The notes under the pieces are model-generated. The model made no database searches and had not been told where the DNA came from. It saw only the letters and a program-made list of their open reading frames with translations. Source: Paraspadella gotoi (lineage: Eukaryota; Animalia; Chaetognatha). Taken from it: a DNA stretch of 64,000 bases. The stretch lies in the NCBI GenBank assembly GCA_051294375.1, contig CM119265.1, positions 28,582,443 to 28,646,442 on the forward strand, written 5' to 3'. Shown in pieces: positions 11,084-22,200 of this stretch. Position 1 is the stretch's first letter, and each line of letters opens with the position of its first letter. The position numbers and the translations under genes are program-made.

Positions 11084-12675
11084 ATGGAACTGAAATTAAG
11101 TGACAGTGTGGTAAACTTATTTGAGACAAACATCCCAAAAAAGAATGACCTCTTGCACGCACAAAGCAAGACAAGGGAATTCAACTCCTAAAGCAAGCCA
11201 TTCTGGATGGCAATAAACCGGACTTCAAAGACAAAGTCATTAAAGGATTTAAATCCGTCTTCCGGTCACTGGAGCTCGATGACGGAATATTGGTGAGAAA
11301 GACTCCTGGCGGGAATACAGCAATCGTGGTCCCAGAAAGTAAGGTAAATGAAATCCTTTATCATACTCATGGTAGTCCGTTGTCAGCACATTATGGGATA
11401 AGTAAATCATATTATAAGTTGGTGAAACATTTTTATTTTCCAAAGATGGTTGTTAAATTATCTGACTTTATAAATACCTGCCCGTTGTGTGTACGTAGAA
11501 AAAGTCCCAAAAATAAGCCAATGGCGGAGATTCAGCCTATTAGCGTAGACAGCTACGATATTGGGGGATGTATATCTTATGATTTTAAAGGCCCTTTGCC
11601 AGTTAGTGACAAATCTATATTGTATCAATGTAAAAATCGATTCGTACTAGTAATTATTGATCACGCATCAAGGTTTGTATTGGCTCATCCGACGCCCACC
11701 ATGGAAGCGTCGGTTGTGGCGGAAGTCATTATTTCGTCTTGGATACCGAGATTTGGAGTGCCAAGAGCCATTATCTCAGATCGGGCTAAAACGTTCACGG
11801 GTAAAATTCTTAGAACTATATATGAAAGCCTCCAAATAGATATTTGCTTAACAGCGTCGTACAATCCGGCCGCTAATGGATTAATAGAACAAGTGAATAG
11901 AAATATTTCTAATATTTTAACGGTCATGTTGGATGGCTTTATGGCCGACTGGCCAAAGCAATTAAATTTATTATTTAGCGCGTATAACTCGAGCCCCAAT
12001 ATATCAACCGGGGTATCGCCAAACTACATAGTATATGGGAGAAACTTAATTGAACCTATTGATCTTATTTTAACCAGGAGGGAAACTATTGGCTGGAAGG
12101 AGAGAAAAATTTTGGACGAATTGGAGGAACGGTTACGAGCAAGAAGAAAAGTAATGGAGATATTGAACCTAAGGTACGAGGAGGGGCAGGAGAAGAGGAG
12201 GGAGAAATCTAAAGTTAAAGCCAATGTCCCAACTTATGTAGTTGGGGAATTAGTGGGCTTTGAGCCACCGTTGCAACCGGGGAAACTTTTAAAGTCCTAT
12301 GAGATTAATCATACAGTGATAAAAGTACTATCTCCAACAACGTATGTAATAAAAAACAATGAAACGGGTTTTGAAAGGGTTGTTAATGCAAGAAAACTAA
12401 AAAAGGCGGTAACAAGAAAACTTAAACCAGTAGAATGTCAAAATGGGGGAATAATAATTGAGGAACAATCTGATTTCTCAGATGCGTCGTCCGGATCCGA
12501 GGGAGAAGGCACTAACACGTGGGTGCAACAAACACGAACAAACGGAGAAAGCGTAATTGATGGACGAGCCGAACCTGTAAAAATAAGTACGCAAAAAGAA
12601 GAGGATATGAATATGTGGGATAAACGTTTGAGAGACAGGAAACTTTTGAATAAACCGAAAAGATTTGAATTATAA
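11084..12675 (+). CDS. Gypsy-type DDE integrase as a separate ORF (one probable 1-bp indel near 11168)
   Basis: HHCC (HTHGSPLSAHYG...CPLC), catalytic YDFKGP / ISDRAKTF / NGLIEQVNR, degenerate GPY/F region, basic C-tail RDRKLLNKPKRFE; acceptor TTCTTTCTTCTTTCAG ending 11076, ATG 11084. Confidence 0.92.
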
Positions 12676-12810
12676 TGACGAAAATGTTTTACTGAATAAA
12701 TAAAGTTAGATTATGGTCTTAAGTTTTGTCGGGGGGGGGGGAATGTAGAACATAAAATGTCCTACATTTGTTCTTTATTCTAGGTACGATAAATACTGAA
12801 ATAAATAAAT

Positions 12811-13914
12811 ATGTACGCGTTAACCAATGTCGGAATATACGTCAAACTCCTAAGTTATGGTAGAGACGATGAGGCGTTTGAATTAGCATTGAAAAAAGTA
12901 ATCAAAGGATCATTGCATATGGCAATTGAGTATGGTAGGGAGAGGGTTACGAGGAAGTTACTTGAGGAAGGAATTGATCCAAATGAAGTGAGGAACCATG
13001 ACGGACTTACGCCATTGCATATTGCAGTAATGAAGAAAAACGTGAATATCGTGGAACAGCTAATGGTGCGAGGAGCAGACGTGATGAAATGTGATTATTC
13101 AGGGAATAATTGCCAGGCTAAACTACTAAGAAAACGGTATGATTCAAAGTCTAAAATAGTAATGGAGCTCATTAAAAATAAGATGTCTGAACAGGACTTT
13201 AAGATAAAGAATACTCATGGGGAGACATTATTACACATAGTGGCTTCTAACCCAGAAATAGTAGATATACGGTTGTATGAGATGCTGTTAACAATGGGAG
13301 TGCCAACAGATGTACAGAATGAATACTCGGGACGCACATTCCTTATGGACTTATGTAATAATAATCTGGATGATGAATTTATAATAGAGGCTATAGAATT
13401 CGCTAGAAACAAAGGGATAGATATCAATCAAGAGGACAAGAACCAGAATACTTTACTACAGTATGCTATTACTAAGGGAAATAGGAAAGTAACAAAGACA
13501 TTGCTTGACATCCCGGATACCAAAGTAATAACTAAAAATGTGATGGATGTAACTCCGATGTGGAATGCAGCATTTAAGGGCGACTTAAGGATGGTTAAGG
13601 ACATTTACAGAGCAGGTGGAAATCTGGAAGATACTGCATATGTTAATGCAGCAACTACCAAGCCCATACCAACATGGCAGGCAGCTCGCAGGTCTCGTCA
13701 CGAGTTTGTAGCAAGAAAGATTATTGAATTCATGACAGGAGTAGAGGAAGGACAGAACATTACCAGGGAAGTTAAGAGTTTAAAACATCTAACTAAACTA
13801 ATTATTCGGAATGAGTTGGTTAGGAGTAACCAGGGAAGAGTATTAATTGACCAGTACGAAGGGCTTAAACTACCCAAGACCCTTGAACAGTACTTAAAGG
13901 AAATACAGTACTGA
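12811..13914 (+). CDS. Ankyrin-repeat plus C-terminal SOCS-box protein (ASB-like) inside the LTR element
   Basis: About 7 ankyrin repeats (GLTPLHIAVMKKNVNIVEQLMVRGADV, GETLLHIVA, NTLLQYAITKGN, TPMWNAAFKGD); BC-box VKSLKHLTKLIIR and cullin box LKLPKTLEQYL; intronless and intact. Confidence 0.9.
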   Translation: MYALTNVGIYVKLLSYGRDDEAFELALKKVIKGSLHMAIEYGRERVTRKLLEEGIDPNEVRNHDGLTPLHIAVMKKNVNIVEQLMVRGADVMKCDYSGNNCQAKLLRKRYDSKSKIVMELIKNKMSEQDFKIKNTHGETLLHIVASNPEIVDIRLYEMLLTMGVPTDVQNEYSGRTFLMDLCNNNLDDEFIIEAIEFARNKGIDINQEDKNQNTLLQYAITKGNRKVTKTLLDIPDTKVITKNVMDVTPMWNAAFKGDLRMVKDIYRAGGNLEDTAYVNAATTKPIPTWQAARRSRHEFVARKIIEFMTGVEEGQNITREVKSLKHLTKLIIRNELVRSNQGRVLIDQYEGLKLPKTLEQYLKEIQY

Positions 13915-14037
13915 AACTTCATTGTCTATTTGAGATTGCCTGAAGCACGGAGGAAACTACCTGGTTAAGGGAATTTTATGGTGCTTGAAAGCATGAAACT
14001 GCATGAGGACATGCAGAAGTTTTGTCCGGGACAGGGA

Positions 14038-15043
14038 TGTAAATAAAAAAGTAGGTGACGACCTTTTTTATTAGTTTATTTAGTAATTGATATTGCAGGG
14101 ATAGGCTTTAGGCAAAGCAAGGATTGGCTTTGAGCAAAAGCAAAGTTTGTCTTAAGAAAAGCTTAAGAAGCAAAAAATTGTTATAAGTGAAGCAGAGATT
14201 GCCTTTGAGCAAAGAGGAAATGGCTAAAAACAACAGGGCAGTTAGGAGAAGGCTAAAGCAAAGGGGGGCTTTTACGGGCCTGCTAAGTCCCAAACCAATT
14301 CCAGAGGGAGAAATCACGTGACCAAAATCTGCCTATATAAGGAGGAGTGCCACAGACTGTGGGTCAGGAGTCAATTGAGACCCTCTGAAGTGTAAGGGGA
14401 AATTCTGTCCGGCTGAAAAGTTACTGGAAAAACGCTTAAGTCAGAGAAACTGAAAACCTAAGTCCAGGAGAGACTGAAAACGCCTAAGTCCAGGAGAGAC
14501 TGAAAACGCCTAAGTCCAGGAGAGACTGAAAACGCCTAAGTCCAGAAGGACTGGTTGGAAATAATAACTCTAAGGTTAAGTCTGATAAGACTTGGTTAAG
14601 GTTAAGTCTGGTAAGACTTGGTTAAGGTTAATGGTAGATTAATATAAGGGTCTCAAGTGACTACAGACCACAGCTTCATACCTAGTGGACTCTCCTTCAA
14701 CTCTCAAGTGGATTTCATTAATACTTTGCTTACATTTTAATTTGAACATGTGTATTTAATTTTGTAATGTACATTGATTTTACTGTGCTTTAAAAAATAT
14801 GTATTGAGTCAGTAGTAAAGATATTATTAAAATTTGTACTAAAATTATTTTCTTTATTTTTCTTCCAGGTTAAATTTTTAATAAAAGCGCCCCAGGTTAC
14901 AAACTCCATGGACTTCAGGATTTAAATAATAAAGTTTTTAACGCCAGGAACTCCAGTGCCCAAGAACTCAAGGACTCCAGTTTTTCGTATTTTATAACTA
15001 AAAGTGAGTGGTGGTAAAAAACACCACCCAAGATTTTATTACA
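14038..15043 (+). repeat. 3' LTR
   Basis: Direct repeat of 2237-3273, preceded by GGGACAGGGA, followed by TSD AGCAG; one fewer AAGGTTAAGTCTGGTAAGACTTGGTT unit. Confidence 0.95.
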
Positions 15044-15448
15044 AGCAGATTCCGGCTTGACTATTCATTTTGTCGGTTCTGTCAGAACATCGAATTATGA
15101 AAAATTTGGCAAAAAAACCGATGTCCGTCTGTCTGTCTGTCTGACTGTCTGTTTGTCTGTTCTTCCATCCTACCTTAGCTTTAATCGCTGATTACTCTTG
15201 AGTGGATGAGGCTTTTAACTTAAAAATTTGTGTGAAGGTAAATAAGTATGTGATTGAGTTGTAAATCAAGCAAAAACAGCTCCCGCTCCCAACTGTACCA
15301 GTGTTATGATGTAAATATTTTCAATTTGTTATAAACAAATATAAACGTCAGGGAGTTTTCTAACTATTGATAAGATCAAATATCAATAATAGTCAGTCAG
15401 TTAAGAGTTATAACAACTCTTTTCATTTTATTCCATTTTTAGAGAGAT

Positions 15449-15488
<40 letters not shown>

Positions 15489-16095
15489 AAGTTTCCAACA
15501 AAGAATTGAGAAAAGGACAGGGGTAGACGGACTGACTAAGAATAAGCTAAGGCTGAGGATAAGCAAGTGAAAGAGAGTCAAAATAGAGTGAAATACATTT
15601 AGCAATGTAAAAGAAACATTGAAAATAATACTTTGAAAAACAACTTTCTCAACTAGGTGTTATCTTAAATTAGAATAATTAAATTGTAAGTTTTGTAATT
15701 AACGTTTCATATTAGACAATTTTTTTGTTTAATTTTTGTTAAAAAACTTGTACTGTATACTATACAGTTTATAGTCGAAGAAATTGTGCAGTGTAGATAT
15801 ATTTAATAATTTAATGATAAGCCAGTCTCTCACATATTTGACAAAAATAATTACTAAGATTTGATAAATTCTTCATTTTTTTGGCTAACCCTAACCATCT
15901 GTATATTGAGACAATAAAATTATATTAGTCACTATCTCTCACTCTCTCTCTCTATCTCTCTCTCTTTCTTTCTTTCTCTCTCTCTCTCTCTCTTCGCTGC
16001 TCTCTATATGAGTAGTAATTTCTCAAAAAACGTAGCTTTTAAAGGCAGTGTAAAACACTGGCCTCAAGCCCCACTTTTACTTTTCAATATTCAAT

Positions 16096-16146
<51 letters not shown>

Positions 16147-16494
16147 GATATTATATATCTTATGATAAATAAATTAATTTAAAACTTTCAACTAAAAAAA
16201 ATGAACTCGACTTTAAATCATACAATATAGACATTGATTACAACAGTTAAAATCTAATTTATATTTGACAACAATTTAAATACAAATCTATATTTTTTTC
16301 CAATTTTTATTCGCCATTCTCAAATGCGTTGACCAAATTGTATCAAAAAAGGTTCCGGACTAAATTTTTGGTCTCCCAACCCTTCACTGTTTTTCTCTCT
16401 CTTCTGGATTTTATTTCTATCTCTCACGATCCCCGAAAAAAGTTCACGACCTGTTTGTTCCTAATTCATCCGAACTTAATTTTAAGCCGAAGAA

Positions 16495-16647
<153 letters not shown>

Positions 16648-16887
16648 TGAAGCCACTCCTTCTCAAACTTGTTTTTTCTAATCTCAAAGATGCCGTTTTT
16701 TCTTCTGTACTGAATCAAAGTTCTCGATATAAATATTTTATTCTATTATTACTTTTATTTCTTTTTGGGGGCAAATTACTTTAACTGTTTCCCTAGATTC
16801 GTCAATATTTTTTCACCAAGTTTTATGATCGCTTGTTTTTCGTGATGTGATCGTTGTCTCCTTGAATTACTAGGTTAATGGCAAGAA

Positions 16888-17865
16888 AACAAGTTTGAGC
16901 AAATAAATTCGGATCTGCCTACGATAATTAAGCGGTAATCTGCTAATCATATGATAAATCACGATAATTCTTTCAATTTGTGATCCTAACTGATAATAAC
17001 CGATCGTACCATCACAAGCCAGAAGCTGCGCCAATACATGTAAATCGCTTGCAACGGATTAAACTGAACTGTTACTATGGTACAAATTATTTATTTTACT
17101 AGTTTTTTTTCAAATTGAATCATTTTTAAACTCGCTAGATTTTTTCAACTGACATCATTTTTTCAACTTGCATCATTTTTTAACTTGCATAATTTTGTTA
17201 ACTAGCATCATTTTTTTAACTTGCAACACTTGTTATCTAGCATCATTGTTTAAATTTGCATCATCTTTTCAATTGGCTTCATTTTTTCAACTCGCATAAT
17301 TTTTCAAATTCACATAATTTTTTCAATTGTCATCATTTTTTTTAATTTCCATCATTTTTTTAACTTGCATCATTTTTTAACATGCATCCTTTTTTAACAT
17401 TCAAAGTATTTTCAATTTCCAAATATTTTTATCTTGCATCATTTTTTCAATTTTCATCATTTTTTTAACTTTCATAATTTGTTTAAATTGCATCATTTTT
17501 TCAACCAATTTAATCAACCAATCAATCATTTTATCTGAGAGAGAAAAAAAAATTAAAATAACTTCAAGTGAATGTTACTTTTTTTCATTTCCGCTCACAA
17601 ATTTTTATCTCAAGCTATCCATCCGATTATGATTAATTAAAGTAATTATGAGTTAATGTAAATAAAATGATACAAGTAAATGTAACTTTTGTTTTTTTTT
17701 TCCATTTTAACCCATTTCAACTTTATATCCAGCTCAATCAAACACTTTCTTACTCACTTACAAGATTTTATGTCAGTTCAAATATACAATTCTAAATAAA
17801 TAAAAAAAAAGTTTAAAAAGTTTAAGTAAATATAACTTTTTTTTTCAATTTAAAGCCATTTCTAA
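16888..17865 (-). mobile_element. Partial HINE-family copy with ~19-bp TTTTTCAACTTGCATCAT minisatellite
   Basis: AACAAGTTTGAGCAAATAAATTCGGATCTGCCTACG end plus degenerate subrepeats. Confidence 0.55.
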
Positions 17866-18007
17866 TTACAAAGATTACAAATCGGGTACTCTCGGAAAAG
17901 AATGCCTAAATGTTTATCCTTCAGAAAAAAACAACAGCTTTAAAGCTATCGAATCACGCATCGATTTGACTATCACTCAAGCTTTTGTGAACTTTCACAA
18001 CGAAATC

Positions 18008-19229
18008 ATGAAGATCACGGAATTTCGAATTTTGCTTCCGATGGAACTGGAAGAATATCGGGTCGGGCAACTTTATTCCATCTTGGAGAGCGCTAAGGTT
18101 AAAGTCACTGTTTTGGATTATAAACATATGTAGTATTATGTAGTATTACGATTTTTTTTATAGATCAGAACTTGAAGGTTTTTTTTTTTTAAGTTTTTTT
18201 TATAACTGTGTGATGTTTAATTTTTAACGTGTTTTTTACGGATTCAGAAAATGCTCAAAAAGTCAATTATTATTATTATTAAATATTATGTTTTAGTTAT
18301 AAAAATCTAACGAAATCTACATACTAATTCTGCAAATGATGATGATGATGATAATGGATTTTAAATTTTTGACTCATTATTAAAGTTTAAAAAGGTTTAA
18401 TAATCTTTTTTAGCTTTTTTAGCTTCATCAAAATCCATTCTTAAAAACTATAATTTACTGAAAAATATTAAATATTTTTTTTAAAAGGCTCAATTCCTTT
18501 TTTTTACGATCCAAAAACCATAAAAAATTTTTTTTTCAAAAGTTACAGAGGAAATCGTTTTTTGTAGTAAGGCAAAATAATAATTGATCTCTGTTATAAA
18601 AATACAAAATTCTGAGACACCTTAATGTCAATCCCTATTAGAAAGAAACGGGAGGCGGGGAAGGATGGGAAATCGTGGCCAACGAACCCATAGACAAAAA
18701 ATTACCAGAAGATTTGTTCAAATTCGCGGGCGACCGAGTTCCCCACAGGGGCCAATATACCCATAAAATAGCCCACGTGGCGTCGAAGGCCCCAAGGTGG
18801 GTCAGGATTTTGGCCCCGCGAGGTTCATTGGAGTTTAAAGAGGAAGCTTGGAACTATTATCCTTACACGAGGTGAGAATAATTAAATTTAATTTAATTAA
18901 ATTTATTAATTTTTTTTTAGACATCGTTATTTCCTTTCGTTTCGTTGTGTTTGGCATGATAGAAAACGTTTTTTAGATTGATCAAACAACGATTTTTATT
19001 AATATGAGACGGACATGTTTCGCTTTAGTTTCTACAAGCCTTCATTGCGTCAGAGATAATTATTGAAACTTTCAAAAAAGATTTGTGCAAAAGAAATGAG
19101 AGAGAGAGAGAGAGAGAGGGCAAAGTTTCCAACACAGAGTTGAGAGAAGAATAGTGGTCAGATGTGAGGACAGGTTAAGGTAAGGACAGAATGAGCCAGA
19201 TGTGAAAGAAAACTTAATGGTGAAAATTT

Positions 19230-19260
<31 letters not shown>

Positions 19261-22200
19261 ACATTTGAAAATAATACATTTTTTGTAATGTACAACAAAG
19301 ATAAATTTTAGACTAAAGGTGAAATAAATATTTTAACAATTAACTACTAATAAAAATTGAAAATGAAAAGTGAAATTTGAGAGATTTGTGAAATAAGGGA
19401 GACCTTTGCACAGGCAATGGGCAAACGATGCCTCTCCTTCAACTGCAGCAACTCATTCCCTTTCTCTGTGAAGTGAGCGTCCACCCAAAAGGCGCTGCAG
19501 GAGGAAGGGGAGGAGTCCACAACTCATGTCGCCAAAGCGGCAAGAACGGACAACCACCCATCTTGCCAGCAGGCGAGAAGAGGGCGAGTCGACAGGCGTA
19601 CCAGGCCAGAGAGACATTAGAGTAGCCTTGGACTCTTCCCACAAGGAAGCCTTCCCAGTCCAACACACATAGCTCAACCAATATGACCTCTCAGCCATTG
19701 ACACGTCAATGACTCGACCACATCGTCAAGACCCTTCATTTGCTTCAACCAAAGGGGGCCAGCTCACTTTGAGCTCTTTCTTAATCCTTGAATTTCACTT
19801 TATTTCATAATAATACTTATTTCACAATCTCTCAAATTTCACTTTTTCATTTTCAATTTTCACATCTTATTTATTTTAGTAGTTAATTGTTTAAAATATT
19901 TATTTCACCTTTAGTCTAAAATTTATCTTTGTTGTACATTACAAAAAATGTATTATTTTCAAATGTTCTCTCTCTCTCTCTCTCTCAAATTTTCACCATT
20001 AGTTTCTTTTCACAATCTGGCTCATTCTGTCCTTACCTTAACCTGTCCTCACATCTGACCACTATTCTTCTCTCAACTCTGTGTTGGAAACTTTGCCCTC
20101 TCTCTCTCTCATTTCCTTTGCACAAATCTTTTTTGAAAGTCATAATTATCTCTGACGCTGATGAAGGCTTGTAGAAACTAAAGCCGAACATGTCCGTCTC
20201 ATAGCTAATAAAAATCGTTGCTTGCATCAATTCTAAAAACGTTTTCTATAATTTTTTTTAAAATTATGTTTCTTATTCACTTGCAAAAAATAGCGTTTAA
20301 TGAATGTATATATAGTTTATACACTGTTTTAATGTTTCACTGTTTCAATTAATCAATTAATCTTTAAATATTTGAATTTTATAAATTTCTCACTATGATA
20401 AAAGACGTTTTAAATTGTTCAAACAAGGATTTTATTAGTGTAAGACGGACATGTTTCGGCTTTAATTGTACAAGCCTTCATTGGCGTCAAAGATGTTTGT
20501 GAAATTTCAAACAAAGTTTATGCAAAGGAAAAGAGAGAGAGAGAGAGAAAGAGAGAGAGGGCAAAGTTTCCAACACAGAGTTGAGAGAAGAATAGTGGTC
20601 AGATGTGAGGACAGGTTAAAGTGAGGACAGAATGAGCTAGATTGTGAAAAGAAACTAAATGGTGAAAAATTGACAGAGAGAGAGAGATAGAGAGAACATT
20701 TGAAAGATAATACATTTTTTGTAATGTACAACAAAGATAAATTGTTGAAACTAAAGGTCAAATAAATATTTTAACAATTAACTATTAATAAATAACAGTG
20801 TGAAAAATGGAAAAGTGAAAAGTGAAATTTGATAGTTTTGTGAAATAAGTATTATTATGAAATAAAGTGAAAGTTCAAGGATTAAGAAAGAGCTCAAAGT
20901 GAGCTGGCCCCCTTTGGTTGAAGCAAATGAAGGGTCTTAACGATGTGGTCGAGTCATTGACGTGTCAATGGCTGAGAGGTCATGTTGGTTTAGACTGTGT
21001 GTGTTGGACTGGGATGGCTTCCTTGCGGGAAGAGTCCAAGGGCTACCCTAATGTCTCTCTGGCCTGGTACGCCTGTCGACTGCCCTCTTCTCGCCTGCTG
21101 GCGAGATGGGTGGTTGTCTGTTCTTGCCGCTTTGGCGACATGAGTTGTGGACTCCTCCCCTTCCTCCTGCAGCCGTCTTTTGGGTGGACTCACTTTGAGC
21201 TCTTTCTTAATCCTTGAACTTTCACTTTATTTCATATTAATACTTATTTCACAAAACTCTCAAATTTCACTTTTCACTTTTCAATTTTTCACACTCTGTT
21301 ATTTATTAATAGTTAATTGTTAAAATATTTATTTCACCTTTAGTTTCAACAATTTATCTTTGTTGTACATTACAAAAAATGTATTATCTTTCAAATGTTC
21401 TCTCTATCTCTCTCTCTCTCTCTCAATTTTTCACCATTTAGTTTCTTTTCACAATCGAGCTCATTCTGTCCTCACTTTAACCTGTCCTCACATCTGACCA
21501 CTATTCTTCTCTCAACTCTGTGTTGGAAACTTTGCCCTCTCTCTCTTTCTCTCTCTCTCTCTCTTTTCCTTTGCACAAACTTTGTTTGAAATTTCACAAA
21601 CATCTTTGACGCCGATGAAGGCTTGTACAATTAAAGCCGAAACATTTCCGTCTTACACTAATAAAATCGTTGTTTGAACAATTTAAAACGTCTTTTATCA
21701 TCCAAACACAACGAAACAAAAGGAAATAACGATGTCTAACAAATTTCTCACTGAATCCTATTGTCTCTATATCATCTTTATCTCAATCTCATCTCAATCT
21801 CATCTCAATCGCATCTCATCTCATCTCAATCTCATCTCAATCTCACCTCAATTTCATATCAATCTCATCTCAATCTCATTCTAATCTCATCTTAATCTCT
21901 TCTAAATCTCAATTTCCTCTAAATCTCAATCTCATTTTCAATCTCAATCTCATCTAAATCTCATCTTAATCTCATCTAAATCTCATCTTAATCTCATTTC
22001 ATCTAATATTAATCTCATCTTAATTTCATCTTAATCCCATCTTAATCCTATCCTAATCCCAAGGACGGTTATCACGAATCCGGAATACATGAAGGACAAG
22101 TTTTCTGTGGATACAAAGTCAGTCTTTGTTGGCGACGACGAAGGAAAACAAGAGAACATCTTTGGTCTGTCGGAAGAGGAACTGGGGAAAAGAGAGGTGA

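Larger units (their letters stand above)
2237..15043 (+). mobile_element. Gypsy-related LTR retroelement with accessory genes (about 8.3 kb once the duplicated/nested segment is removed)
   Basis: Two ~1 kb direct repeats starting TGTA and ending TACA; 5-bp TSD AGCAG (2232-2236, 15044-15048); PBS after 5' LTR; purine tract before 3' LTR; integrase ORF. Confidence 0.95.

Noticed and set aside
11084-12675. Ginger/Polinton-type DNA transposase
   Set aside because: Enclosed by LTRs, PBS and PPT; no long TIRs or polB
19428-21217. GIY-YIG or RT coding in the Penelope-like cores
   Set aside because: No recognisable motif in the frames I read, so the Penelope call rests on the hammerheads, inverted arms and tail only
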